Positions 11,201-20,881 of a stretch of 64,000 nt of DNA are shown here, piece by piece. How positions within the stretch are numbered: position 1 is the stretch's first letter; each line of letters opens with the position of its first letter. Source of the DNA: Alphaproteobacteria bacterium (GTDB taxonomy: Bacteria; Pseudomonadota; Alphaproteobacteria; UBA828); the NCBI GenBank assembly GCA_963422645.2, contig CAXXVO010000017.1, positions 224,001 to 288,000 of the forward strand, written 5' to 3'. Below the pieces are notes generated by a model. It did not search any database. It was not told the DNA's origin and saw only the letters and a program-made list of their open reading frames with translations. Position numbers and translations under genes: made by a program.

Positions 11201-11720
11201 CGTCAACGCCGGGTCGGGCGGCGTGCAGCAGACGCGCGCGGGCCGCGCCCAGCAGCGTGGTGCTCATGCGCTCGTCGGCGATCTCGAAATTCGGCGCGAC
11301 GCCCGCCTCCAGCGGGAAGCGCCGCAGCAGCGACTGGCAGAAGGCGTGGATGGTCTGGATCTTGAGCCCGTCGGGCACGTCGAGCACGGCGGCAAAGAGG
11401 CGGCGCGCTCGGTCGAGCATGGAGCGCCGGGGCGGGGCGCCGGTCAGCACGGTCAACGCGGCCGAAAGCGCCTCGTCGTCCGCGACGGTCCAGCCCGCAA
11501 GCTCGCGCGTGATCCTGAGTGCCATCTCGGCGGCGGCAGCGCGGGTGAAGGTGAGGCAAAGGATTCGCTCGGGCGCGGTGCCGCCGAGCAGCAGGCGCAG
11601 CACGCGGTCTGTCAGCACCTTGGTCTTGCCCGTTCCCGCCGAGGCGCCGACCCAGACCGAGGCACCGGGGTCCGACGCCCTGTGCTGGGCCGGCGTCATC
11701 CCGGGCACGCGCGCGGCCAT
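8292..11720 (-). CDS. addA: Double-strand break repair helicase AddA
   Basis: ASAGTGKT, CLTFTRAAA, DEAQDTS, MTVHGAKGLE, YVAMTRA and C-terminal nuclease GQIDRL..DYKT. Confidence 0.96.
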   Translation of the reverse strand: MAARVPGMTPAQHRASDPGASVWVGASAGTGKTKVLTDRVLRLLLGGTAPERILCLTFTRAAAAEMALRITRELAGWTVADDEALSAALTVLTGAPPRRSMLDRARRLFAAVLDVPDGLKIQTIHAFCQSLLRRFPLEAGVAPNFEIADERMSTTLLGAARARLLHAARPGVDDALASALAAMTAVIGEEGFGALLADVSSTRDRFAAVLERHGGTAGAIAAMRERLAVAEGATPESVLAEVCAEDAFDGARLTRAARVLDGGTVTDQRRAQKIATWLNADHDGRTAGFGAYRRAFLREDGGPLQSLVTKKLGDAHPDATEALGLEQERVVACVERWNAARVAESTAALIEIAARHLGFYGAEKARHAVLDYGDQISISRSLLARAGIAPWVLYKLDGGLDHLLIDEAQDTSPTQWAVIAALAEEFFAGEGARAAPRTLFAVGDEKQSIFSFQGADARALAAAHRQFQSRAQAAERPWESLPLAESFRSTAAVLATVDAVFAQPAARDGVTAEAVPIRHQVHRAGAGGRVELWLPLVPEEKEPLEPWAPPVKREGADDPAARLAALIADRVAGWTQEQADEGSEGWLEARGRSIRPGDVLVLVRRRGPFVDHLLRALKARGVPVAGIDRMVLTEQLAVMDLIALGEFCLLPGDDLTLATVLKSPLIGLDEDALFALAFQRGDASLWATLSRRRDESPAFAEAFEALVAFRGAADWIAPFEFYSEVLGASGGRSALLGRLGPESGDAIEEFLALALAYGRTHPPSLQGFLHWVQDGRAEIKRDFEQGRDEVRIMTVHGAKGLEAPVVFLPDTMRKPRGRDPLVWLEEERADGGVGRVEGLLWPGRASREDPLAREARARTRAAQEEEYRRLLYVAMTRAEDRLYVCGWQGRDTPPEDCWYALVRSGLESLKGVEPLAMPEGEGLVYAELQSAPVPSREEPAPEADGTPPLPPELLVPPAEEPPAPRPLAPSRAVPEPAPHSPIDDAGRHARERGNAAHKLLEHLPTLPPKDRPTAARHLLNSFSLDDGEREALAEAMIALVADPAFAALFAPDALAEAPISAVVGDRVISGQIDRLLVGERELIALDYKTGRAPAEDEAVPEAYRIQMESYRAALAVVFPDRRITCGLLFVDAPRLIWLPAGE

Positions 11721-14704
11721 CAGTTGTCACTGCCGGGCACCGACCACTCCTTGTGCCGGGCGAGGTGGGCATAGTCGTTCCAGCGTGGGGCGAGTGCCGG
11801 GCGGGGCACCGGATGATAGGGGGTTGCCGGATCGTCGAAACGGGCGATCAACGCACGCAGGCCGTCCGCTGCTGCGTCCGCGAGCGCGCCCGCATCGCCG
11901 CCGATCGCGGTGATCTCGCCGGCGGTCTCGGCGCCGCTCAGCTTCCAGTAGGCGAGCGCCGCGACGTCAGCCGCAGCAACGCCTTTGAAACCGCCCGCCT
12001 CGGCAATCGCGGCCTCCAACGAGAGTTGCGGGCACCGGCCTTCGGTAACGTGTTTCTTTGGCGGAGTGCCGCCGGTCTTGTAGTCGATGATCTCCAGCGC
12101 GCCTGCTTCCGAGCGGTCGATCCGATCGGCCTTCGCCGTGAGGCGGAAAGGACCTGCCGGCCCCTCCAGGTCGAGGACGCCCTCCACCTCGGTCGCGAGC
12201 GGCAGCAAACCGGGTCGGCGATCCCGTTCGGTGTCGACAAACCAGCGCGCAAGCCGCTCGAAGCGCGGCAACCAGAAGGCGAGCACGCCGGGCCGCGCAC
12301 CTGCCGCCTCGAAGTGCGCCCGGCCGAGCTCCAGCAAGCGCGCCTCGACATCCGTAGGCAGCGCGTCCCCGTGTTCCCGCACGAAAGCGTCCAAAATCCG
12401 GTGGATGATGCTGCCGCGCTCCGCCGCGCTCGGGTCCGCGTCAACGGGGTCGAGCTTGAAGAGGCGAAGGATGTCGCGCGCATAGATGGAATAGGGGTCG
12501 CCGATCCAGGTCTCGATCCGCGTGACCGAGAGGCGCCTGGGCCGTGCTCTAACCGGCGGCGCGGGTGCCGGCGCTGGGCGCGGGCCGGGCAGTTCCGCCG
12601 GCCGGTCCAGGGCATGCCACCAGGTGAGCAGCGCCGGATTCATGGCGCGGAGCGCTGATGCTCTCTCCGGCCCGATGGCCAGCAAGGCATCGAGACGCTG
12701 GAGCCAGCGCGCGGGGATGGTCGGCGTGCCTTCGATGCGTCGCGCCCGCGTCAGATAGACCTCTTGTGTCCCACAGCATTGAACGAAGTCGTGGGCGGAG
12801 AGCCCGATGCGAAGCTCTGGCGGCGGCAGTCCGAAGTCCGCGCGCATAGGGCGGCTCATCCAGGGATCGCCCGCAGCCGCCGGCGGCCAGACCCCCTCGT
12901 TCAGCCCGCCCAGGATCATGCAGTCCGCGTGCTGCAAGCGGGCTTCCAGCGGGCCCCAGACTTGCAGGCGCGGGTGGCGGCCGAAGGCCGGGCGGACCAC
13001 ATGGTCCTCCATCAGCGCATCGAGCAGCGCCGGATAGTGGGTCGGCGCCACCGGCGGCAGCGCCGGCGCCGCCTCCAGGAGCCCGGCGACGAAGCGCGCC
13101 GCCTGCGCGCCGGCCTCACCCGACCAGAGCCGGGCGGGCCCGGCTTCGTCAGCAGTGGCCGCGAGCCATTCCGCGAACTCCACGTGGGCTTGCAGGAGCT
13201 TGCGCAGGTCGGCCTCGGGCAGCGCCATGAGGGCGGCGAAGGGCGCGGCGGCGACTTCCAGCCCTTCGAGCCAGGTGCGGATGGCAGCGTCGCCCTCCTT
13301 CAGCGCTGACCGCAGGCCGCTGAAGCCGGGCGCAGGCCGCGGGCCGCGCAGGATCGCTGATTCCATCGCCCGCACGGAATCGCGGAACGCGGCAGGCCGT
13401 TGGCCGCCAGCCGCGAGCGGATGCTTGAGCGCGGCCAGCAGCGGGACCGGCGCGGCCTCCTCGGCAATCATGCGCGCGGAGAGCCGCAGAAAGGCGCCGG
13501 GCGCCGTCTCCCCCAGCGGCTCGCCGGCGGAATCGTCCACCTCGATCCGCCAGCGCCTGAGCTCCGCCGCCACCCTGCGGGCCAGTGCGCGGTCCGCCGT
13601 CACCAGCGCTGCGGTGCGGCCCGGCATCTCCAGCGCGCGGCGCATGACGATGGCGATGACGCCCGCTTCCTCTTGCGGGCTCGCGCAGTCGATCCGGTGG
13701 AGGTCGCGGAGCGCGTCGGGTGCCGGCGGCGGCAGCGTGCGCCATGCGGTGATGGTCTCCGCCGGGCGCATGGCGTCGGCGATCAGCCGCGAACGGGCGC
13801 GGGCGGCGGCGGTACCCGCCCCATCGCCGCCCGGCCAAGGCTCAACGTCCTCGCGCGCTATGCCGATATGGTCGATCAGCCCTTTGAGTGCGTACTGCGG
13901 GTGGGTGGCGCCGATGGCTTCCCAGGTCTCGTCGTCGGCCTCCGTGTTGAGGCCGGGGAGGACGACGGCACCCTGCGGCAGGCGCGCGACGGTAGCCAGC
14001 AGGTCGCGCGTGGCCGGCACGCTCCCGGTGGAGCCTGCGGCGATCACCGGATACGCCGGCGGCTCCGCTGCCCATTGCGCGGCGAGGGCTTCCAGCAGGG
14101 CGTTGCGGCGCGCGGCCGGGTCCATCAGGCCCCGCTCCGCCAGATGTTCCGGCCACGTGTCCATGATGATCGCGAGGAAACTCAGCACCTGTTGCCAATG
14201 CGTCGCGTATTCCTCCGGTGCGAGGTCGCCGAGTCCAAGTGGGTTGCGCCGGGCGATCTGGATTTCGTCGAGCAGGTCTGCAAGCGCGCGCGCGAGCCGC
14301 GCGGCTTGATCCACCGCGCTTGCGCCGATCAGCGCCGCGCCGCCTGGCGTCTCGCCCAGCCTCTGGATCAGGCGAGTGAGTTGCAGCCGGCGCTCTAGCG
14401 GCGAGACAGCGTCTGGCAGGGTCTCGTCCTCTTCGTCGCCGAGGCTCGGCTCGTCCTCGTCGATGTCGCCGAGCGGGCGGATGCGCGGCGGCAGCAGGGC
14501 TTGCCCCGGCGCTGCGCGCAGGAAGGCGAGTCCAAGCGCCCGGCAGGCGCGTCGCGTCGGCAGCAGGATGGTGAGCCGGCTCAGTGCCAGCGGGTCGCTG
14601 GGGTCTAGCGGTACTGCCCGGCCCGACAGGATGCCGCCTGCAAGCGCATCGACGAACGACGCGTAGGGCGGCACCGTGTAGACGGTGGGCGCTCCCTTGC
14701 TCAT
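11720..14704 (-). CDS. addB: Double-strand break repair protein AddB
   Basis: LLPTRRA, AAGSTGS, GPLEARL and C-terminal PD-(D/E)xK ADRID..DYKTG; coupled to addA. Confidence 0.95.
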   Translation of the reverse strand: MSKGAPTVYTVPPYASFVDALAGGILSGRAVPLDPSDPLALSRLTILLPTRRACRALGLAFLRAAPGQALLPPRIRPLGDIDEDEPSLGDEEDETLPDAVSPLERRLQLTRLIQRLGETPGGAALIGASAVDQAARLARALADLLDEIQIARRNPLGLGDLAPEEYATHWQQVLSFLAIIMDTWPEHLAERGLMDPAARRNALLEALAAQWAAEPPAYPVIAAGSTGSVPATRDLLATVARLPQGAVVLPGLNTEADDETWEAIGATHPQYALKGLIDHIGIAREDVEPWPGGDGAGTAAARARSRLIADAMRPAETITAWRTLPPPAPDALRDLHRIDCASPQEEAGVIAIVMRRALEMPGRTAALVTADRALARRVAAELRRWRIEVDDSAGEPLGETAPGAFLRLSARMIAEEAAPVPLLAALKHPLAAGGQRPAAFRDSVRAMESAILRGPRPAPGFSGLRSALKEGDAAIRTWLEGLEVAAAPFAALMALPEADLRKLLQAHVEFAEWLAATADEAGPARLWSGEAGAQAARFVAGLLEAAPALPPVAPTHYPALLDALMEDHVVRPAFGRHPRLQVWGPLEARLQHADCMILGGLNEGVWPPAAAGDPWMSRPMRADFGLPPPELRIGLSAHDFVQCCGTQEVYLTRARRIEGTPTIPARWLQRLDALLAIGPERASALRAMNPALLTWWHALDRPAELPGPRPAPAPAPPVRARPRRLSVTRIETWIGDPYSIYARDILRLFKLDPVDADPSAAERGSIIHRILDAFVREHGDALPTDVEARLLELGRAHFEAAGARPGVLAFWLPRFERLARWFVDTERDRRPGLLPLATEVEGVLDLEGPAGPFRLTAKADRIDRSEAGALEIIDYKTGGTPPKKHVTEGRCPQLSLEAAIAEAGGFKGVAAADVAALAYWKLSGAETAGEITAIGGDAGALADAAADGLRALIARFDDPATPYHPVPRPALAPRWNDYAHLARHKEWSVPGSDN

Positions 14705-15444
14705 CCACTTTCTCCGCCCCGTTCGCGGGTGAGGTAGCGCTCGGCGGCTTCGAGGCCGTCCAGCGAGCCGACGTGGAGCATGTGGCCGCGATGCTCCAAC
14801 CCGAAGAGGCGGCCCGTGAGGATCGCCTCGTCATAGTGGCGGTTGAGCGAGTAGGCGCCGGCGGGCGCATCCGCAAAGAGACGGGGGTGTAGGACTTGCG
14901 TGCCGGTGAAGACGAAGGGCGCGGCCGGCGCCCTGCCGCGCCGGCTGAGCCGCCCGTCCTCATGGCGGAAGAAGTCGCCCGCGCCGTCGTAGCCCAGCGC
15001 GCGGGGCAGGGGGCAGATGAGGAGGAGCGCATCCATCGCCTCACCGTCCCAGGCCGCGGCCAGGCATGGCAGCGCCGGTGGGCCGCCCTCCGCCAAGACG
15101 ACGTCGCTGTTCACGACATAGAACGCGTCATCGCCGAGCCATGGGAGCGCGCGGCGCACGCCACCGCCGGTCTCCAGCCGCTCTTCTTCGCGCGAGAAGC
15201 GAATGCCGGGCGTGCCAAGCCGCTCCGTATGCGCGGCGAGGAAGGACTCGATCTGCGCCGCCAGGTGATGGGTGTTGACGACGATGTCGTCCACGCCGGC
15301 CCGTTCCAGGCTCTCCAGGGCGTGGGCGATGAGCGGCTTGCCGGCGACCCGAACGAGCGGCTTCGGAATCGTCTCACTCACCGCGCGCATGCGCGTGCCC
15401 AGGCCCGCCGCGAGCACCATCCCTCGCGAGGGCCGGGCGCTCAC
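14701..15444 (-). CDS. murU: N-acetylmuramate-1-phosphate uridylyltransferase (MurU-like nucleotidyltransferase)
   Basis: LAAGLGTRMR, PKPLV and ETGGG motifs; GTG start overlaps the upstream stop; follows amgK. Confidence 0.85.
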   Translation of the reverse strand: MSARPSRGMVLAAGLGTRMRAVSETIPKPLVRVAGKPLIAHALESLERAGVDDIVVNTHHLAAQIESFLAAHTERLGTPGIRFSREEERLETGGGVRRALPWLGDDAFYVVNSDVVLAEGGPPALPCLAAAWDGEAMDALLLICPLPRALGYDGAGDFFRHEDGRLSRRGRAPAAPFVFTGTQVLHPRLFADAPAGAYSLNRHYDEAILTGRLFGLEHRGHMLHVGSLDGLEAAERYLTRERGGESG

Positions 15445-16451
15445 GGTGCGGGACTCCGCACCTGCGGCGGGACCCAGCGGTCGAACCAGGCCCGCACCGG
15501 GGCGAGCGAGGGATGGACGAGATCGGCATCGAGGTGCTGCCACACCCTCGGCAAATGGGCGAGATAGCCGGGTTTGTTGTCCCGCTTCGCCAGCCGGTGG
15601 AAGACGCCGATGATCCGCACCGCACGCTGCGCGCCGAGAATGGCGTACGCCGCACGGAACGCAGCCTCATCGAGGTTGGGCGACGCGTTCAGATAGCGCG
15701 CGACCATCGCCGCCTCCAGGCCGGCGCCGAGGTCACGCCGCGCGTCCTGCAGCAGCGAGACCAGGTCGTATGCCGGAGGGCCTGCGCGCGCGTCCTGAAA
15801 ATCCAGCAGCCCGACCCGGCCGACCCCCGACGCGCCGCAGTCCCCGTCGCCCCGCGCCGGAAGCCACATCAGATTGCCGGCGTGAAAGTCGCGCAGGCAG
15901 AGCACCGCCGGGCCCCGTATCGCCTCTTCCAGCGGTTCGCACCACGCCGCCTCGAATTCTGCCGCCATCGAGGACTCCGCCGCATCTCCAATGGCAGTCT
16001 CCAGAAAGAGCGAGGCATCGCTCATCAGCCACGCGGGGCCGTAGTGAGGCAGATCGGGTGGCATCGGCCGGCGGCGGAGATCGATCAGAATATCGGTCGC
16101 CGCCTCGTAGAGCGTGCGTTCCAGGGAGGACGCGTCTGGACCGGCGAGCAGGGCTGAAAAAGAGTCGTCACCTAAGTCCTCGAGCAGAGCGAAGCCCAGG
16201 GCCTCGTCTGAGTCGAAGATTTCAGGGGCGCTGTAGCCCATGTCCCTAAGCAGCCGCGCGATCCGCGCGAAAGGGCCGATGGAATGCCCGGGCGGAGGGT
16301 CGTCCATGAGCACTATCGTGGTATCGCCCCGTGTGAGCCGCTCGTAACGCCGCGCCGAGGCGTCGCCGGCGAGCGGTCGGTACGCCGCATCGCCCCAGCC
16401 TGCGCGCGCTGCGAAGGCCTGGCGCTGCCTCTCGCGCTCGAGATCGCTCAC
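15441..16451 (-). CDS. amgK: Anomeric MurNAc/GlcNAc kinase (AmgK-like, APH family)
   Basis: LAGDASARRY, LLEDLGD, RDFHAGNLM and LLDFQDA motifs; tsaE-amgK-murU order. Confidence 0.85.
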   Translation of the reverse strand: MSDLERERQRQAFAARAGWGDAAYRPLAGDASARRYERLTRGDTTIVLMDDPPPGHSIGPFARIARLLRDMGYSAPEIFDSDEALGFALLEDLGDDSFSALLAGPDASSLERTLYEAATDILIDLRRRPMPPDLPHYGPAWLMSDASLFLETAIGDAAESSMAAEFEAAWCEPLEEAIRGPAVLCLRDFHAGNLMWLPARGDGDCGASGVGRVGLLDFQDARAGPPAYDLVSLLQDARRDLGAGLEAAMVARYLNASPNLDEAAFRAAYAILGAQRAVRIIGVFHRLAKRDNKPGYLAHLPRVWQHLDADLVHPSLAPVRAWFDRWVPPQVRSPAP

Positions 16452-16960
16452 CCGTCCGCCTCCAGATTTCGCGCGATAGTAACTGCAAGTGTTCGGGCGC
16501 GGGGTCCGTGGGGAGTGATCGTGACGAGCCGCGTCTCGTCGTTTTCGCCCGGCGCGAGGTGCAACTCCAGCCAGTCGGCAGGCATCATGGCACCCAGCTT
16601 CTCCGGCCATTCGATCAGCGAGATGGCGTTCGAGAACGCGTCCTCGATGCCGAGCTCGTAGGCGTCCTCCGGCCCATCCAGGCGGTAGAGGTCGAAGTGC
16701 CAGATCGCACCCGCCGCGTGCTCGTAGATCTGCACCAGGGTGAAGGTGGGGCTTGGAACCTCCTCCTCCGGCCGGCCGAGCCGGGCGCGGATGAAGGCCC
16801 TTGCGAAGGCGGTCTTGCCGCTGCCAAGCGGCCCACGGAGCCCAACTACGTCGCCCGACGCCGCGTGCGGGGCGCTGCGCTGCGCTAGCCGCTCGGTGTC
16901 CGCGAGGGCGTCCGCACGCAGGGTGAGGGGCTCGCGCGGCGTCGCGCTTTCGCTCTCCGT
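16448..16960 (-). CDS. tsaE: tRNA t6A biosynthesis ATPase TsaE (no ATG/GTG/TTG start upstream of the P-loop; ACG start proposed)
   Basis: Manual translation upstream of the listed 95-aa ORF gives GDVVGLRGPLGSGKTAFARAFI...VPSPTFTLVQIY, joining HFDLYRL and LIEWPE. Confidence 0.85.
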   Translation of the reverse strand, partial: TESESATPREPLTLRADALADTERLAQRSAPHAASGDVVGLRGPLGSGKTAFARAFIRARLGRPEEEVPSPTFTLVQIYEHAAGAIWHFDLYRLDGPEDAYELGIEDAFSNAISLIEWPEKLGAMMPADWLELHLAPGENDETRLVTITPHGPRARTLAVTIARNLEADG

Positions 16961-16979
16961 GGCGCTCGGCGCCCTATCG

Positions 16980-18275
16980 TCAGTATCGGTAGTGATCGGG
17001 CTTGAACGGCCCCTCTTGTGGCACCCCGATGTAAGCGGACTGCTTGTCCGAGAGCGCGGTCAGCTTCGCACCCAGCTTGCCCAGATGGAGCGCCGCTACC
17101 TTCTCGTCGAGGTGCTTAGGCAGGGTGTAGACGCGGTGCTCGTAGCTCGCGTGGTTCTGCCAGAGCTCCATCTGCGCCAGCACCTGGTTGGAGAACGAGG
17201 AGCTCATCACGAAAGAGGGATGACCGGTGGCGCAGCCGAGATTCACGAGACGGCCCTTGGCCAGCACGATCAGGCGCTTGCCGTCGGGGAACTCGACCTC
17301 GTCCACCTGCGGCTTGACCTCGTGCCAGGGGAAGTTGGCCAGCGCGTCGATCTGAATCTCGGAATCGAAGTGGCCGATGTTACAGACGATGGCGCGGTCC
17401 TTCATCTGGCGCATGTGGTCGATGGTGATGACGTCGACGTTGCCGGTGGCGGTGACGAACACGTCCGCCTCGCCGGCCTTGTCGTCCATGGTCGAGACCT
17501 CGTAGCCCTCCATCGCCGCCTGCAGCGCGCAGATCGGGTCGATCTCGGTCACGCAGACGCGCGCGCCCTGCCCGCGCAGCGACGCCGCACAGCCCTTGCC
17601 GACATCGCCATAGCCGTTCACCACCGCGATCTTGCCCGCGAGCATCACGTCGGTCGCTCGCTTGATGCCGTCCACGAGGCTCTCGCGACAGCCGTAGAGG
17701 TTGTCGAACTTCGACTTGGTGACCGAATCGTTCACGTTGATGGCGGGCGCGCCCAGGGTGCCCTTCTGCTCCATCTCGTAGAGCCGGAGCACTCCGGTTG
17801 TGGTCTCCTCCGAAATCCCCTTGATGTCCGCCATCAGCGAGGGGTGCTCGTCATGCATGAACTTGGTGAGGTCGCCGCCGTCATCCAGGATCATGTTGGG
17901 GCGCCAGCCGTCAGGGCCCTCGACGGTCCGGTCGATGCACCAGTCGTACTCCTCCTCGGTCTCACCCTTCCAGGCGAAGACGGGGACGCCGGCATCGGCC
18001 ATGGCGGCGGCGGCGTGGTCCTGGGTCGAGAAGATGTTGCAGGAGCTCCAGCGCACCTCCGCGCCCAGCGCCCTCAGCGTCTCGATAAGGACGGCGGTCT
18101 GAATCGTCATGTGGAGGCAGCCGGCGATGCGTGCGCCGGCCAGCACCTGCGCCTCGCCGAACTCTGCGCGGAGCGCCATCAGCCCCGGCATTTCGGTCTC
18201 GGCGATGGCGATTTCCTTGCGGCCCCAGCCGGCGAGCGAGAGGTCCTTCACCTTGTAGTCGGCGCCGTTCGTCAT
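16980..18275 (-). CDS. ahcY: Adenosylhomocysteinase
   Basis: [34 protein letters not shown] and C-terminal [10 protein letters not shown]. Confidence 0.98.
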   Translation of the reverse strand: MTNGADYKVKDLSLAGWGRKEIAIAETEMPGLMALRAEFGEAQVLAGARIAGCLHMTIQTAVLIETLRALGAEVRWSSCNIFSTQDHAAAAMADAGVPVFAWKGETEEEYDWCIDRTVEGPDGWRPNMILDDGGDLTKFMHDEHPSLMADIKGISEETTTGVLRLYEMEQKGTLGAPAINVNDSVTKSKFDNLYGCRESLVDGIKRATDVMLAGKIAVVNGYGDVGKGCAASLRGQGARVCVTEIDPICALQAAMEGYEVSTMDDKAGEADVFVTATGNVDVITIDHMRQMKDRAIVCNIGHFDSEIQIDALANFPWHEVKPQVDEVEFPDGKRLIVLAKGRLVNLGCATGHPSFVMSSSFSNQVLAQMELWQNHASYEHRVYTLPKHLDEKVAALHLGKLGAKLTALSDKQSAYIGVPQEGPFKPDHYRY

Positions 18276-18381
18276 TCTTGGTTCCTTGCCCGCCTGCGCG
18301 GCTTACCCGCCTCTGCCGGCGCGGCTTGTAGCACCGCCGCCGGGGGGTCACAACAGGCGTCACCCGTCACGGCATGCTGCC

Positions 18382-20184
18382 TCAAGAATCACCGGGAAAG
18401 GCGTCGATCAGCTTCGCGATGCGGCCTGCCTCGGTCTGGTTCAGCAACTCCTCCGCATGACGCGTTGCCACTGCGGCGTCGAGCGCGAGGATGCGTTGCT
18501 TCACGCGCGGAACATTCTGCGGCGCCATGGAGAGATCGCGCAGGCCGAACCCCAGTAACATCGCGGTAAAACGCGGGTTGCCCGCGAGCTCACCGCAGAG
18601 ATTGACCGGAATGCCGGCCCGCCGGGCGGCATCGGTGGCGAAGCGGATGAGCCGGAGCACTGCGGGATGGAGGGGGTCGTACAGGTGCGCGACCTGATCG
18701 TCGCCGCGGTCGGTCGCGAGCGTGTACATGGTGAGGTCGTTGGTGCCGAGGGAGAAGAAGTCGCAGGCGTCGGCCAGCGCATCGGCCGCGAGCGCTGCGC
18801 CCGGCGTCTCGATCATGATTCCGAGCGGCGGTGCATCGACGATCGCTACTCGCCTGCGGGTCAGCCGGCGGACCATCTTGTCCACGGCCTTCCGCACCTG
18901 CCTGATTTCCTCCACCGAAGTGATCATCGGCACCAGAATGCCCACGGGCCCGTGGGCGCCGGCGCGCAAAATGGCCGCGATCTGCGCCTCCAGCAGTGCC
19001 GGCGCCTTTAGCGAAAGACGGATGGCGCGGAGCCCGAGTGCCGGATTGACGCTTGGCGCGATGTGCTCGCCGAGGGAGTAGGCGAGCTTGTCCGAACCCA
19101 CATCGAGGGTCCGCACGGTCACCGGCGCCCCTTCCATGCCGGCGACGATTTCCTTGAGCGCGACGTACTGCTCGTCCTCGCTCGGCGGCTCCTCTCGGTT
19201 CATGTACAGGAACTCGCTGCGCAGAAGCCCGATTCCCTCGGCGCCCGCCTCCTGCGCCTGCGGCAGCTCATTCGGCAGCTCGATGTTGCATTGCAGGGTG
19301 ACGCGCGCGCCGTCGGACGAGACGGCCGCGACCCGGCGCAATCGGGCGAGCTGGCGCTCGCGGCGCTCGAGCGCGCGGCGGCGGCGCTCAAGACGGGCGA
19401 TCGTCTCCTCGCCGGGGTTGACCACGAGCCCGCCGCGCACGCCGTCCACTGCCACGATGTCGCCTGAGCGTACGGCACCGACGAGGTCCGCCACCCCTAG
19501 CACCGCCGGCAACCCGAGCGAGCGCGCCATGATCGCGGTGTGCCCCTCGGCGCCGCCGAGCGCTGCGGCGAAGCCGCCGATGCGCGCGGGGTCCATGAGC
19601 GCGGTGTCGGCGGGCGTGATCTCCTCGGCGATGATGATGGTGCCGGGAGGCAGGCCGGAAAACGCCTGGTAGCCCGCCCGGGTCAGGTTGCGCACGAGGC
19701 GCGCGCTCGCCTCGCGCACGTCGTCGATCTTGCCCGCGAGATAGGAATCCTCCATCCCGGCGAAGGCCTGCGCGATCTCCGAAAGCTGCACCTGGACCGC
19801 CGCCTCGGCGTTGATGCGCGCATCCCTGATGCGCATCTCGACGCCGCGCACGAGACGGGAGCCCGAGAGCATCAGGAGGTGCGCATCGAGCAGGTGGCGA
19901 AGCTGGCCTGCCACCTCCTCCGGCAGCGCCTCGGCCTGGGCCTGTAGCTGGCGGATCTGCGCTGCGGAGAGCGCAACGGCGTCGTGGAAGCGCGCGATCT
20001 CGGCTTCGACCGCGTCGTCCTCGATGCGGTACTCGGGCACGTCGATGAGGCCGCGCTCGACCACGTGCGCGGGCCCCACCGCGATGCCGGCGGATACGCC
20101 CAGGCCGCTGAAGCGCCGCTCTGGCCGATCCGCCAGTTCAAGGGCCAGAGCCCACGCGGAGGCGGTGCTTCCTTCAGTCTTCAT
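18382..20184 (-). CDS. ptsI: PEP-protein phosphotransferase (PTS enzyme I), no N-terminal GAF domain
   Basis: GHTAIMARS phospho-His motif, GIGLLRSEF, NPALGLRAIR, GTNDL and CGE. Confidence 0.93.
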   Translation of the reverse strand: MKTEGSTASAWALALELADRPERRFSGLGVSAGIAVGPAHVVERGLIDVPEYRIEDDAVEAEIARFHDAVALSAAQIRQLQAQAEALPEEVAGQLRHLLDAHLLMLSGSRLVRGVEMRIRDARINAEAAVQVQLSEIAQAFAGMEDSYLAGKIDDVREASARLVRNLTRAGYQAFSGLPPGTIIIAEEITPADTALMDPARIGGFAAALGGAEGHTAIMARSLGLPAVLGVADLVGAVRSGDIVAVDGVRGGLVVNPGEETIARLERRRRALERRERQLARLRRVAAVSSDGARVTLQCNIELPNELPQAQEAGAEGIGLLRSEFLYMNREEPPSEDEQYVALKEIVAGMEGAPVTVRTLDVGSDKLAYSLGEHIAPSVNPALGLRAIRLSLKAPALLEAQIAAILRAGAHGPVGILVPMITSVEEIRQVRKAVDKMVRRLTRRRVAIVDAPPLGIMIETPGAALAADALADACDFFSLGTNDLTMYTLATDRGDDQVAHLYDPLHPAVLRLIRFATDAARRAGIPVNLCGELAGNPRFTAMLLGFGLRDLSMAPQNVPRVKQRILALDAAVATRHAEELLNQTEAGRIAKLIDAFPGDS

Positions 20185-20473
20185 CGAAGCCACCGTCCAC
20201 GAGTGCCGTCAGCGCCGCCAGTGCCGCGTCCGCGTCCCTGCCCGCGGTCTCGATCTCGATCTCGCTGCCAGGCCCCGCCACCAGCATCATCAGCCCGAGG
20301 ATCGAGAGGCCCGAGACCCGCGTGCCGTTGCAGGAGACGGCGACGTCGACTTCGAAGCGCGAGGCGGTCTTGACGAATTTCGCCGCCGCGCGCGCGTGGA
20401 GCCCGCGCCGGTTGCCGATCAGGCATGTGCGGCGGTGGCTCCCTTCGCCGGGCTTGGTCGCCGCCTCGTTCAC
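20174..20473 (-). CDS. HPr/NPr phosphocarrier
   Basis: NRRGLHARAAAKFV and SILGLMML motifs. Confidence 0.95.
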   Translation of the reverse strand: MNEAATKPGEGSHRRTCLIGNRRGLHARAAAKFVKTASRFEVDVAVSCNGTRVSGLSILGLMMLVAGPGSEIEIETAGRDADAALAALTALVDGGFDED

Positions 20474-20877
20474 GCCTCGTCACCCTCAAGCAGCCGGCCC
20501 GCGACGTGGATATAGGTGCGCCCGGCCTCCTGCGCGGCGGCCACGGCGGCGCGCAGATCGCTGCCCGAGCGCACGCTCGCGAGCTTGATCAGCATCGGCA
20601 GGTTTACGCCGGCGATGACCTCGACATTCGCGCCCTCCATGACCGAGATGGCGAGGTTCGAGGGCGTCCCGCCGAACATATCAGTAAGCACGATCACGCC
20701 GTCACCATCATCGGTGGCGCCGATGGCGTCGAGAATGTCCTGGCGGCGCTGCTCCATGTCGTCGTCGGGGCCGATGCAGATGGCGCGCGTGCGGGGCTGC
20801 GGCCCGACGACGTGCTCGGTTGCCGCGACGAACTCCTCGGCGAGCCCTCCGTGCGTGACCAGAACGATGCCGATCAT
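20470..20877 (-). CDS. PTS mannose-family EIIA component (ManX-like)
   Basis: MIGIVLVTHG, DMFGGTPSN and GVNLPML motifs. Confidence 0.95.
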   Translation of the reverse strand: MIGIVLVTHGGLAEEFVAATEHVVGPQPRTRAICIGPDDDMEQRRQDILDAIGATDDGDGVIVLTDMFGGTPSNLAISVMEGANVEVIAGVNLPMLIKLASVRSGSDLRAAVAAAQEAGRTYIHVAGRLLEGDEA

Positions 20878-20881
20878 CGAC

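Noticed and set aside
16970-16990. prfB-like +1 frameshift fusing ahcY to tsaE (TAC TGA C; tsaE is in the +1 frame)
   Set aside because: A tRNA on TAC cannot re-pair on ACT, no internal SD is evident, and AhcY ends at its normal C-terminus.
18276-18381. SAH riboswitch upstream of ahcY
   Set aside because: I could not find the conserved GAGGAGCG..UGC core; an Rfam scan would settle it.
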